From Chloroflexota bacterium (GTDB lineage Bacteria; Chloroflexota; UBA11872; VXOZ01), in the NCBI GenBank assembly GCA_964291655.2, contig OZ219802.1:2144001-2208000 (forward strand): a stretch of 64,000 bases of DNA, in the 5' to 3' direction. This document shows, piece after piece, positions 49,440 to 59,668 of the stretch. Each line of letters begins with the position of its first letter. The stretch's first letter is position 1. The translations under genes and the position numbers were made by a program. The notes beneath the pieces were generated by a model. That model was not told the DNA's origin, did no database searches, and saw nothing but the letters and a program-made list of their open reading frames with translations.

Positions 49440-50704
49440 TGTACAGACCGGGGACATAGGTAACAGATGTTCGGGTAGATAGGTTACACATTTTGTGCTC
49501 TGAGGTCTATGGTTTTTACTCTTTGGATCGAGAAGTACACGTCCCAGACACCGTCCGTTCGGGTGGGTCGCAGGGCGACTTGCTTGTGCGTGAAGGCCCT
49601 GCCCACACGGAGCCGTCTGCCTTGGAAGGAGATGCGGCCGGAGACATCGACGCTGCGTACGCGGTCGTCGGGAGCGTAGGCGAGGGCAGGCAAGGTCTCT
49701 GGGAAAGGGCGAGGACTAGGCGTGTATCTGGTAATGGGAGTGTCGAGATCGAGGGCATGGTGTGGGCGTTCCAAGTTGTAGAAGTGGCGCCAGGTGTCAA
49801 AGGCGCGCTGGCAATGGTCCAGGTCGGTAAAGGTGGTCCCTGCCAGCAGTTCGCTCTTGAGGGAGCGGTGGAAGCGTTCCAGCTTGCCGAGTGTCTGGGG
49901 ATGGTAGGGTCGGCTGTGCAGGACGTTGATGCCCAGCTGCATGAGCCAGACGGTGAGGGGCGTGAAGGGCTGGGCACTGTCGTTACCCCAGGGAGAGCCG
50001 TTGTCCATGAGCATGGCCTGGGGCAAGCCGTAGCGGCGAAAGACAGCGGTGAGGCGGTCTTGGACCGTCTCTCCCCGCTCGTTGGCACAGGCCTGTAACC
50101 CGAGGTTGAAGCGGGAGTGATCGTCTAGGAGGGTGAGAGGATGACAGCGGTTCTGCTGCATGACGAAATGTCCCTTGAAGTCCATCTGCCACAGCTCGTT
50201 GGGCTGGGGTCGTTCGAAGCGCACATGGGGCGTGTGCTTGGCGCTCTGGGCTGGATCGATGAGCCCATGGCGTTTGAGAATGGCATTGATGGTGCTCTTG
50301 GCCGGCACGTCGGTGACCCCCTGGTCCTGCAGCATCCGGCGCAGCACGTGTGCGCCTTTCTTCGGATGCGCCAGGCGCAAGGCGATGATGCGCTCCTCCA
50401 GCGCCGGGCGCGTGCGGTGCGGACACGTGTGCGGCCGCCGCGACCGGTCGTGCAAACCGTCTTCGCCAGCTTTCGCATACCGCTCCAGCGTCTTGTACGC
50501 CGTCTTGCGACTGATCTCCAGACGGCGACACAGCTCGCTGATGTTGGCCCCTTCCATCAGTGCCAGTGCAATGAACTCCTTGCGTTCAGACACAACCGTA
50601 CTCTCCTTCCAAGGCATGGCGCTCCTCCATCTGTAAGAATCTCCATGCCTTAAGGTGTAACCTATGTGCCCGAACATGTGTAACCCATGTACCCGGTCTA
50701 TACA
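49440..50704 (-). mobile_element. Complete IS481-family insertion sequence
   Basis: ~50-bp imperfect TIRs beginning TGTA; 5-bp TSD gggga; single transposase ORF. Confidence 0.93.
49484..50617 (-). CDS. IS481-family DDE transposase
   Basis: MPWKE, HTH (ISRKTAYK), DRSRRP, WQMDFKG, DDHSR, DNG.PWG, HPQT.GK.ERFHRSLK, YN.ERPH.AL. Confidence 0.95.
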   Translation of the reverse strand: MPWKESTVVSERKEFIALALMEGANISELCRRLEISRKTAYKTLERYAKAGEDGLHDRSRRPHTCPHRTRPALEERIIALRLAHPKKGAHVLRRMLQDQGVTDVPAKSTINAILKRHGLIDPAQSAKHTPHVRFERPQPNELWQMDFKGHFVMQQNRCHPLTLLDDHSRFNLGLQACANERGETVQDRLTAVFRRYGLPQAMLMDNGSPWGNDSAQPFTPLTVWLMQLGINVLHSRPYHPQTLGKLERFHRSLKSELLAGTTFTDLDHCQRAFDTWRHFYNLERPHHALDLDTPITRYTPSPRPFPETLPALAYAPDDRVRSVDVSGRISFQGRRLRVGRAFTHKQVALRPTRTDGVWDVYFSIQRVKTIDLRAQNV

Positions 50705-50969
50705 GGGGAGAGGGCCGGGGTGAGGGGACTTCTGCTTACCCCATCCTCCTTATCAGCAAGACCGATACGCAAGAGGGCAATTGCGGGTAAAAAGCTCCCA
50801 GACTTCGGGATTCTCCCCCTCACCCTAACCCTCTCCCGCCGGGAGAGGGGACCTGTCCGACCCGGTAAGGGTTAAGCAATGGTCCCTAACGGGGATCATC
50901 GCAAGCATACGGTAGACCGCGCAGAGACTTCTAACTCTAGAGCACGACCAACTCGACGGTGGGTGCCGG

Positions 50970-52130
50970 TCAAAGGATCTGCCCGCGGCGTAGTATCGTG
51001 TCCGGACTCTCCGGGTCGCCGTGGACGGTCTCTCGCGCGGGAAAGTTGGCGAAGTGCGCGAGTTTCTTCCGATCGAGCGCGGCGCCCAGTCCCGGCTCCT
51101 CCGGCAAACGTAGGGTACCCGATTCAATTTGCAGCAAATCGGTGATCACGTCATCCTGCTGGATCGGATAGTGGGTATCGTTCGCCAGGGCAAAGCTGCG
51201 GTGGCTGGCGATGAGGTGCGCCCCCGCCAGCGTGCCAATTCCAAGTTCCGCCCAGGTGCCCAACACACAAGTGATGCCCGACTGGTACGCAATGTCTGCG
51301 ATCTGACGTGACTTGAGCAGTCCGCCGGATTCCGACACGTAGATGACGAACACGCCGCACGCCTGTTTCTGGGCGAGTTGCAGCGCGTCGAGGACGGTCT
51401 TACAGCTCTCGTCGGCGGCAACCGGCGTTTCCACAGCGCGAGCGACCTGCGCCATGCCGTCGAAGTCCCGGTCCGTAACCGGTTGCTCCACGTACTCCAG
51501 GCCGTATGGTTCCATGGCGTGGATGGCCTTGATGGCAGTAGGTACGCTCCAGCCTTGGTTGGCGTCGATGCGGATTCGCACGTCCGGCCCCACGGCTGCA
51601 CGGATTGCGGCGATGCTGGCCGCGTCCTGCTCGATGCTCCGGCCGACTTTGACCTTGAGGCTGCGGAAACCCCGGTCGACGTACGCCTTGGCTTTGGCGG
51701 CATTCCGTTCCGGCGTGTCGATAAAGAGGTAGCCCATGTACTCCACCGCGTCTCGGTAGCGGCCGCCGAGCAGGTCGCAGACGCTCGTGCCCCAATGCTT
51801 GGCCTTGATATCGAGGAGCGCCATTTCAAGGCCGGCTATGGCGTGATTGCCGGTGCGGAACCAGTGGATGACGTGCTCGTCCATCCGGTGGAGCAGGAAC
51901 TCGGTGCGCAGCGGGTCCTGGCCGATGAGCAGCGGCCTGAGCTCCGCGTCGACTGCGGTCTGTATGACGGGAATGTGCGGCCCGGAGCACTCGCCTAAGC
52001 CCACCATGCCCGCATCGGTCTCGATCTCGACAATGAGCGCCGGCGCGGTGCCCCGGGTGCCTCCCGACCACTTCACGGGCTCGCTGAGCGGCACCCGCAC
52101 GGCAGTGGACTTTACATCGGTGATTCTCAT
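50970..52130 (-). CDS. Mandelate racemase/muconate cycloisomerase-family enolase
   Basis: GLGE, ALLDI, KVKVG, DANQGW, EQP, ADES. Confidence 0.93.
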   Translation of the reverse strand: MRITDVKSTAVRVPLSEPVKWSGGTRGTAPALIVEIETDAGMVGLGECSGPHIPVIQTAVDAELRPLLIGQDPLRTEFLLHRMDEHVIHWFRTGNHAIAGLEMALLDIKAKHWGTSVCDLLGGRYRDAVEYMGYLFIDTPERNAAKAKAYVDRGFRSLKVKVGRSIEQDAASIAAIRAAVGPDVRIRIDANQGWSVPTAIKAIHAMEPYGLEYVEQPVTDRDFDGMAQVARAVETPVAADESCKTVLDALQLAQKQACGVFVIYVSESGGLLKSRQIADIAYQSGITCVLGTWAELGIGTLAGAHLIASHRSFALANDTHYPIQQDDVITDLLQIESGTLRLPEEPGLGAALDRKKLAHFANFPARETVHGDPESPDTILRRGQIL

Positions 52131-52321
52131 GGAGTGTTCTTCTCTAACGCTGGGTTACGAGGCAACAATCTGTCACTTTCACAGTTCAAGTGAACAAGAC
52201 TTGCCCTTCGTCAAGCCTGTCTGGAGCCTGCCGAATGGCTCAGGCTAAGCTCCGTGACGAAGAATTTCGTTGGTGAAGGACTCTAGATTCAGCGAGCCCT
52301 GTTCGACGCTGCGCTCGGAAT

Positions 52322-52589
52322 TGTAAGTGTTGAGTAATACCTTGACAGATTTGAGAATAATAGCAACCTTCCGAAGTGCTAGACATGACTAGCACACATG
52401 TCATTCCGAACGAAGCGCAGCGAAGAGTCGCTCTTAGCGCGGAATCTAGTGTGCTGAAGCCGTAAAAGTGTGTTGAGCAGGGACCCTAGATTCCGCGAAC
52501 ATCGTTCGACGCTCCGCTCGGAATGACATGCACCGTCAACTCCTCAGACTGGAAAGCGGATTCTGTTAACGATCTACTCAACACTTACA
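52322..52589. mobile_element. MITE with TGTAAGTGTTGAGTA TIRs, copy A
   Basis: TIRs tgtaagtgttgagta..ttgacaga / tctgttaac..tactcaacacttaca; flanks ggaat/ggatt; internal REP doublet. Confidence 0.8.
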
Positions 52590-52840
52590 GGATTGACAGT
52601 GAAACTAGCCCAACGATGGAGTCAAGTCTCATGCTACTAATTCCGTATTAAGTTTCGCTTCTCTATGCTTCCGTCATATAATGGTATATACCCACGCTCA
52701 GCCTACCACGACTCCCTTCCGCTTGTAGTCCGCGAAGCGCAGCCATACACAGAAAGAAGCAACCGCTATGGCCACCTTTGACGTGTCCCCCGTAGCGCAG
52801 GTTTGCAGCCTGCGCCAACTTGTAGAAAGAAGCAATCCTC

Positions 52841-54022
52841 ATGGCAACCTTTGACGTTGTGCTCAAGGGAGGGCGCGTTCTCGACCCCGCGCAGGGCATC
52901 GACGCTCCGCTGGATATCGGCACAAAGCACGGCCGTATTGCTGCTCTCGAATCAGACATCGCAACTGATGATGCTTGGCTTGTGCTCGATGTCGCCAATC
53001 ACTTTGTCACGCCGGGACTCATAGACCTGCATACGCACATCTACTGGGGCGGCACCGACCTCGGCGTGCTCCCGGACCAGGTGTGTTTGCCAACAGGCGT
53101 AACGACAGTCGCGGACGCGGGCAGCGCGGGGTGGGCGAATTTCACCGGCTTCCGCCACTTTGTGATGGGACAAGCCCGCACACGCACGTTCGCCTTCGTC
53201 AATATCTCCAGCATTGGGATTACCGACATGCGTGTGGGCGAGAATCTCAACCTTGCCTACTGTGGTGTTGAAGACGCGATCAAGACAATCGAAGCCAACC
53301 GCGACGTGGCTCTCGGCGTGAAGGTGCGCGTTGCGGAGAAGATTTGCGGCCCCAACGGTTTAGAGCCGCTGCGCCGTGCAGCAGAGGTACGCGATGCGAC
53401 GGACACGCGCATGATGGTGCACATCTCGGATTGCGAACAACCCGTGCAGGAGATTTTGGGCTACCTGAAGTCGGGCGACATCATTACCCACTGCTTCACG
53501 GGACGCGGCAAGCTGATCTTGGACCAGCAGCGGGGTACCGTGCTGCCGGACGTGCGGGCCGCGCAGCAGAACGGCATCGCCTTCGACGTCGGCCACGGAC
53601 AGGGGAGCTTTTCCTTTGCAGTAGCGCGGGCGGCCTTGGAGGATGGCTTTCTGCCTGATACCATAAGTACGGACCTCCATAACTACTCTTCCCACTTTAC
53701 CGCGCAGAGCCTGCCCGACGTGATGTCGAAGTTCCTCTTCCTGGGCCGGGACGTTCTTGACGTCGTGACACGGACGACACAGAATGCCGCGGCCGCTATC
53801 AGCCGCTCGGACTCTTTGGGGCACCTGCGCGTTGGCGGCACGGCTGACATTGCGGTGCTGCGCCTGGAAGCCGGGCCGTATCCCATGCGAGATGCCGAAG
53901 AGACTGAGCATACCGGTAGAGAGCACCTCGCGGCAACCTACACGCTGCGTGCCGGTGAGGTATATAACCAAGCGGGCCGCGCCGCGCGCCGCTGGTACGG
54001 GCCGCGTACTGAGGATGAGTGA
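52841..54022 (+). CDS. Amidohydrolase/deacetylase-family metallohydrolase (dihydroorotase-like)
   Basis: PGLIDLHTH, GVTTVADAGSAG, GVKVR, MVHI, THCF, FDVGHG.GSFSF, ISTD. Confidence 0.92.
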   Translation: MATFDVVLKGGRVLDPAQGIDAPLDIGTKHGRIAALESDIATDDAWLVLDVANHFVTPGLIDLHTHIYWGGTDLGVLPDQVCLPTGVTTVADAGSAGWANFTGFRHFVMGQARTRTFAFVNISSIGITDMRVGENLNLAYCGVEDAIKTIEANRDVALGVKVRVAEKICGPNGLEPLRRAAEVRDATDTRMMVHISDCEQPVQEILGYLKSGDIITHCFTGRGKLILDQQRGTVLPDVRAAQQNGIAFDVGHGQGSFSFAVARAALEDGFLPDTISTDLHNYSSHFTAQSLPDVMSKFLFLGRDVLDVVTRTTQNAAAAISRSDSLGHLRVGGTADIAVLRLEAGPYPMRDAEETEHTGREHLAATYTLRAGEVYNQAGRAARRWYGPRTEDE

Positions 54023-54200
54023 GATAGGCCTCAGGCAATAGGATAGAGTTCTACGTGCACTGCTTCGTCACCCCGACGGAGGCCGCAAACCAGAAAGGAT
54101 CGAAGAGTTGGATTCTTCCATCAGATCAGCTAAGTGTCAGGCCGAGCACCGGCATGACGATGCCGGGATTGCCCTGGGAATTGGAAACGACGCGCCAGCT

Positions 54201-55082
54201 ATGACAATCTCTCGCCTCCGTTGGATCGCCGGAATCATGGCTCTTTCGCTTGCTCTCTTGCTGAGCGCGTGCGGCGCTACCGAGGGCAGTGAGGAGTTGC
54301 AGTCCGACGAAAAGAGCGCCGCTGGGGCGGCAACTCCAGCAGCCCAAACCGCAACAGAATCTACCGCGCCTGCGACGACGACAGCGGAATCGGGTGAAGC
54401 GGTAACGGCAGATGCGCGTATCGCCGACATCCGGTTCGGCCAGCATCCCGAGTTCGATCGCCTGGTCATCGATTTCGCAATCGACCAAGGGCCTGCAAAC
54501 GCTGTGCCGCATTGGCTAATTGAAAAGGCGCCCGGGGAAGGCGTGCTGCGCATTCATCTCCCGACCGTGACCGAGACCGCGTTCACCGACGCCCAAGTGG
54601 CTGACAAGCTCGATTGGTTTACGCACGTGTATGTTGTCCGCGCGCCGGACGGCAGCCTGTTCGTAGATGTTTTCATACCGGCTGAGTACCAGGTCCGCGT
54701 GCAGGAAGTGCGCGACCCGCTGCGGCTGGTGATTGACATAGCGCCCGGCGGTGATGATACCCACATACTCCCCGCGACTGCCAAGAACACGGTGCTCATC
54801 ACGCCGCGACCCGGCGCCACCCTGCAGGGTACAGTGACGGTCAGTGGATACTCCCGGAACTTCGAAGCGAACAACGTCATCATTCTGCAAGACAGCGCCG
54901 GCAAGGAAATTGACCGGGCCATTGTTACGTCTTCCGACTATATCGAGGCATGGGGATACTTCTCTAAGGAGCTAGAGATCCCCGCCGGCACAGGTACGGG
55001 AACTCTGCTCGTCGGCGACTTTGACGCGCAGGATGGGAAATTCGAGGGTGTGACCATTCCCGTGCAGTTTGGCGGTGAATAG
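54201..55082 (+). CDS. Lipoprotein with AMIN-like and Gmad2 Ig-like domains
   Basis: LLSAC lipobox, Ala/Thr linker, IRFG.H..FDRLVIDF...PLRLVIDI, VSG.SR.FEA....WG.F. Confidence 0.75.
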   Translation: MTISRLRWIAGIMALSLALLLSACGATEGSEELQSDEKSAAGAATPAAQTATESTAPATTTAESGEAVTADARIADIRFGQHPEFDRLVIDFAIDQGPANAVPHWLIEKAPGEGVLRIHLPTVTETAFTDAQVADKLDWFTHVYVVRAPDGSLFVDVFIPAEYQVRVQEVRDPLRLVIDIAPGGDDTHILPATAKNTVLITPRPGATLQGTVTVSGYSRNFEANNVIILQDSAGKEIDRAIVTSSDYIEAWGYFSKELEIPAGTGTGTLLVGDFDAQDGKFEGVTIPVQFGGE

Positions 55083-55502
55083 CCAGCGGCAAGAAACCAC
55101 CCGCTCCCGAGTGTGACCCATCCGAGACCCAGCGAAGCAAGGACCGAAGCCCAGCGAAGCGAGGAGATGGAACTCCCTCTCCGTGGGGAGACTCTTGCCG
55201 AGTCCAGCGCAGCGGGACAAGAATGACACCCTCTCCATAGGATGACCATTACGTAGCTCACCCACAGGCGAGAAAACTCCCATTCCTTGGGGAGAGGGCC
55301 GGGGAGAGGGGTCTTCTTTGCCGCCACGGCCTGGATGGATACTCACTGTAGAGTTGCGCAACGGATTCTCAACGCAGAGGGCCCGATTGCTCCCGGCTCG
55401 GCAGGAACAGCCTGACTTTTGCTTGGTGTATTGGCAAGACGTGGGACTCCCATGATTTGGGTAGTGAGCATGGTCTTATGGACTGCATTTGGTAGTTGAA
55501 GT

Positions 55503-56294
55503 ATGAAAGAAGGAACAATGAGCGAGAATCACTGGTTCGACGACTTGCAGGACGAAGATTTCTTAAGTTGGGCTTCTACCTTCGAGGAGGTCGAGAAAAG
55601 CGGCTGCGATACGGCGCTCTTCTGCATCGGCGCCATCGAGCAACACTCGTACCACATGCCGCTCGGTACCGACTGGCTGCTCGGTCTCTCCGGCAGCCGC
55701 CTGCTGGCGCGGGAATTGGCAGCACGTGGCCTGATCGTCTATCTCTTGCCGCCGATCCCCATCGGCACCTCCAGCGAATTCCTCAATTACAAGGGCACCT
55801 TGAGCTTCAAGCCCGCCACTGTGGCCGCCATTTTGGAGGACACCGCCGCCTGCCTCAAGCGCCAGGGGTTCAAACGCATGATCGTCACCAGTTCTCACGG
55901 CGGCAACTGGATTCTGAAGCCGACCATCCGCGAGCTCAATATGTGGGACCCGGACTTCATGGTGATGTGGGGCGCGCCCGTCGGCGCAGGCGGCTCGGGG
56001 CCGGGCAAGGACCGGCACTCCGGCGAGAGCGAGACCTCGCGGCTTATGTACGCCTACCCCGAACTGATGCGCACCGAGAAGGTAGTCGACTCGTCTCCCG
56101 ATCTTGGCTCTGAGTACGTGGACATGATTCCGACGGAGTACTACACGCCGAGCGGTGTGTGGGGGTTTCCGACCAAGGCGGACCGGGATGCCGGCGAAGA
56201 GCGTACAAAGCAAGGCGTGCAACGCCAGGCTGACTACATTATGGAGACAATCGTGAAACTCGACGAATTGCGCCGCGAGCACGAGCAGGGCTAG
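55503..56294 (+). CDS. Creatininase-family amidohydrolase
   Basis: GAIEQHSYHMPLGTD, GTLS, SHGGN, HSGESETS, SGVWG.P. Confidence 0.93.
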   Translation: MKEGTMSENHWFDDLQDEDFLSWASTFEEVEKSGCDTALFCIGAIEQHSYHMPLGTDWLLGLSGSRLLARELAARGLIVYLLPPIPIGTSSEFLNYKGTLSFKPATVAAILEDTAACLKRQGFKRMIVTSSHGGNWILKPTIRELNMWDPDFMVMWGAPVGAGGSGPGKDRHSGESETSRLMYAYPELMRTEKVVDSSPDLGSEYVDMIPTEYYTPSGVWGFPTKADRDAGEERTKQGVQRQADYIMETIVKLDELRREHEQG

Positions 56295-56392
56295 CCTGGC
56301 AACGCACTATTGCACCAATAACCAAGGGAATGCACGCCAAAATAGAATTGCCACTCTAGACCGGGAAGATCGATCTGCATGAGACCCGTCTA

Positions 56393-57097
56393 ATGAGCGA
56401 GATGAGTGACTCACCGCCTGTGAAGGTCGGCCTTGCGGAAGGCTACTCACGTTGGGCGAAGAGCAACGACACGACGTTCAACACGCTCATCGCCACCGAG
56501 GAGGTGTACTCGCTGAACCTCCTGGATAGCCTGGAGGGCAAGACCGCGCTCGACGCAGGCGCCGGGACCGGTCGGTTTGCACTCAGGCTGGGCCGAAGAG
56601 GTTGGCAGGTCACGGCCATTGAGCCCAATCCCGCAATGCAAGCCATTGCGCAACGCGCCGCAGCCGGTGAGAACATCCACATGGAGTTTGTAAGTGCCTC
56701 GCTAGAGGACGCTGTGCCGGTCGAGTCTGCCGCCTTCGATCTGGTGGTCTGCGCGCTGACTCTCTGCCACGTTGCGAATCTCAGCGGGGCGGTCGGTGAG
56801 TTCTCCCGCACAATGGCCCCTGGAGCGCATCTGCTCATCACGGACGTACATCCCGACTTTGTCTCCTGTGGCATGCCGACCCAGTTCGTCGACGACGGCG
56901 TAACCTATCACCTGCCCAACGAGCCGCATACGCGTGACGACTATCTCCAAGCAGTTGCTAATGCCGGACTTAACTTATCCGACGTTTGGGACGTTCCCGG
57001 CTGCGAGGTCCCAGGAGGGTTCGAGACTGCCTTCATGCGCAAAAATTTCGGTTCAGTGAATTTCGCCTTGATCGTCTTGGCACGCAAAGGGACGTAG
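56393..57097 (+). CDS. Class I SAM-dependent methyltransferase
   Basis: LDAGAGTGR, FDLVVCAL.LCH, PG..LLITD.HP. Confidence 0.9.
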   Translation: MSEMSDSPPVKVGLAEGYSRWAKSNDTTFNTLIATEEVYSLNLLDSLEGKTALDAGAGTGRFALRLGRRGWQVTAIEPNPAMQAIAQRAAAGENIHMEFVSASLEDAVPVESAAFDLVVCALTLCHVANLSGAVGEFSRTMAPGAHLLITDVHPDFVSCGMPTQFVDDGVTYHLPNEPHTRDDYLQAVANAGLNLSDVWDVPGCEVPGGFETAFMRKNFGSVNFALIVLARKGT

Positions 57098-57322
57098 ACA
57101 GCAGCGCCAATCGCAACGAATCCGTCTGTTGCTGGTACGATCTGAGATCAGCAGGTCGGGGAGAACCAGGAATCTTCACGTTGAGGTTGGGTCCAGTTTT
57201 GAAGCGCGGTTCCGCCGCCGTTCTGCCGGTATTCCCGTGAGAGCTCTAAGTGCTGTGCCTAACAGACACGCTCGACGGGAACCCTAGATTCCGCGAACAG
57301 GGTTCGACGCTGCGCTCGGAAT

Positions 57323-57576
57323 TGTAAGTGTTGAGTAGATCGTTGACAGAATCCGCTTTCCGCTCTGAGGAGTTGACGGTGCATGTCATTCCGAGCGGAG
57401 CGAGGAATCTAGGGTCCCTGCTCAACGCACTTTAACGGCTTCAGCACACTAAATTCCGCGCTCCGAGCGACTCTTCGCTGCGCTTCGTTCGGAATGACAT
57501 GTGTACGAGTCATGTCTAACACTGCGACAGCTTGCTTTTGTTCTCAAATCTGTCAACGAATTACCTGACATTTACA
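57323..57576. mobile_element. MITE with TGTAAGTGTTGAGTA TIRs, copy B (inverted relative to copy A)
   Basis: Approximate reverse complement of 52322-52589; 5-bp TSD ggaat. Confidence 0.8.
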
Positions 57577-57716
57577 GGAATGACATGTGTGCACCTCCGA
57601 GACACTGTAGAGTATAGGTCTACGAGCCCCGAATCCCAGTAACGTTGACAACCCAGTGAAATCCGCGCTACCGTGAATCAGGTAGTTTTGGCCCTCTTGA
57701 TGGAGCATGCCCTTCC

Positions 57717-58604
57717 ATGGCACAGCAATCCCACGTCTCCAAGGCCGTTATCCTCGTCGCCGGACTCGGCACCCGGCTGCTTCCTGCCACCAAGTCCCAG
57801 CCCAAGGAAATGCTGCCTGTCGGCCGCAAGCCGGTGGTGCAATACGTGGTGGAGGAGATGGAGCAGGCCGGCATCAACCAGATTCTCTTCGTCACGGGAC
57901 GCAAGAAGTGGTCAATCGAAGACCACTTTGACCGCGATCCCGAATTGGAAGAGCGGCTTGGCAACGACGACATGGAGCTGCAAGAACGGCTGCCGAATTT
58001 CGAAACGTTGCTGCACGTATACTATACGCGCCAGAGCGTTCAGACCGGCCAGGCGGATGCCGTGCGCCTCGCTCAGGAATTCGTTGGCGACGAGCCATTC
58101 GTCGTCGCTTTTGGCGACACGATCATCAAGGGCGGCAACCTCTTGCGCCGCATGGTGGAAAGCCATGCGCAGAGCGGCGCCGTCTGTACCATGGCCGTGG
58201 AGCGCGTGGCGCCGCAGGATGCTCATCGCTATGGCGTCGTGCGGCCTACCGGCGCGATGGGTCCGGACTTTGCCATTGAGGGCATCGTGGAGAAACCGCC
58301 GCGGGGCACCGAACCGAGCAACTTCGCCGTGGTGCCGCGTTACGTGATGAACAAGGAAATATTCGAGGCAACGCGTCTCACATTGCCCGGCAAAGGCAAT
58401 GAGCTCTGGCTGGCAGACTCTATCGAGGTGCTCATCAAGCAGCAGCAGCTGGTGCGTTGTGTGGAACTTGCGTCCGAAGAGGTCCGCTACGACATTGGCA
58501 ACTTTGAGACCTACTTCAAGGCGTTCATTGACTTCGCCCTCACTGACGAGAAATACGGCTACCTCGTGCGGCAGCACCTGCTCCGCAAAGCGGCGACGCT
58601 ATGA
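57717..58604 (+). CDS. galU: UTP-sugar-1-phosphate uridylyltransferase (GalU-like)
   Basis: KAVIL.AGLGTRLLPATKSQPKEMLPV, IEDHFD, IVEKP, YDIG; some GalU motifs diverge. Confidence 0.8.
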   Translation: MAQQSHVSKAVILVAGLGTRLLPATKSQPKEMLPVGRKPVVQYVVEEMEQAGINQILFVTGRKKWSIEDHFDRDPELEERLGNDDMELQERLPNFETLLHVYYTRQSVQTGQADAVRLAQEFVGDEPFVVAFGDTIIKGGNLLRRMVESHAQSGAVCTMAVERVAPQDAHRYGVVRPTGAMGPDFAIEGIVEKPPRGTEPSNFAVVPRYVMNKEIFEATRLTLPGKGNELWLADSIEVLIKQQQLVRCVELASEEVRYDIGNFETYFKAFIDFALTDEKYGYLVRQHLLRKAATL

Positions 58605-59668
58605 TGTCAACCTCTCGAGAAGACAACACGCGGGCACCCGTTATCGCTTCTGCCCCCGGTCGCTGCGGCATCATCGGCAATCCGACCGACATGTACGGCG
58701 GCAGCGTACTTTCCTGCACTATTCCCCAGCGCGGCTACGTCTCCATTCGTCCGGCGGATAGCCTCATCCTCGAATCCGACCAGGGCCTGCTCTCCGTCCG
58801 TACGCGTGACGACTTGCAGCAGCGCGGCGATCATTTTGACGTGCTGCGCGCGGTGATTTCCCAACAGCAGTGCCTCGGCATGAAAGCCCACTTCACCTGC
58901 TGGAGCGACGTCCCCATCGGCTCCGGTCTTTCGAGCTCGTCGTCATTAGTCGTCGCTGCGCTCTACGCACTCGTTGCCTACCAAGGCCGCGCGATGAGCC
59001 GGTACTTCTTCGCCGAGACCGCCCGCGGCATCGAGCTGAACGACATGGGCGTGATTTGCGGCTACCAGGACTTCTACATGCCCACCTTTGGCGGGCTCAA
59101 TTACATGGAGTTTCGCGACAAAGAGTTCTACCGGGAAGTGCACAGCGAGCCGTATGCCGCCGTTGAATCCCTGACACCGCTAGTGCGGGAACTACCCTTT
59201 GTGCTGGCGCACACCGGTATTGAGCATAGCGCCGACGTCGTGCACCGACCTATCCGCGAGCGGTGGTTGGAAGGCGAGCGTCACGTGGTGCAGGCGTACG
59301 TAGAGATCGGCCGTCTCGCGAGAGAGGGCAAGAAAGCTCTGCTGGAAACGGACTGGGAGCTTCTGGGCAGGCTGATGAACGAGAACCATGCGATACAGCG
59401 CGATCTGGGTGGGTCCGGCGCGGAAAACGAGCAGCTCATTCAGGCCGCTTTGGACAACGGCGCGCCGGGGGCGAAGCTGGCCGGAGCCGGCGACGGCGGC
59501 ACGATCATTGCGCTACATCCCGACCCGGAGTATCTCGGCAGTCAATTGAAAAGTGTGGGGGCCACTCGCATTCTCTTCCCCCGTCCCGTCGCAGGCGCCC
59601 GCCTCGACTCCTCCTCAGGCGCAGATGAATCTGCCGTCGCAAGTACGTATGCGGGGAACGTCGAGTAA
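58601..59668 (+). CDS. GHMP-family sugar kinase (glucuronokinase/HddA-like)
   Basis: APGR.GIIGNPTD.YGG, P.GSGLSSSS, GYQD, GAKLAGAG.GG; ATGA overlap with the upstream gene. Confidence 0.88.
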   Translation: MMSTSREDNTRAPVIASAPGRCGIIGNPTDMYGGSVLSCTIPQRGYVSIRPADSLILESDQGLLSVRTRDDLQQRGDHFDVLRAVISQQQCLGMKAHFTCWSDVPIGSGLSSSSSLVVAALYALVAYQGRAMSRYFFAETARGIELNDMGVICGYQDFYMPTFGGLNYMEFRDKEFYREVHSEPYAAVESLTPLVRELPFVLAHTGIEHSADVVHRPIRERWLEGERHVVQAYVEIGRLAREGKKALLETDWELLGRLMNENHAIQRDLGGSGAENEQLIQAALDNGAPGAKLAGAGDGGTIIALHPDPEYLGSQLKSVGATRILFPRPVAGARLDSSSGADESAVASTYAGNVE

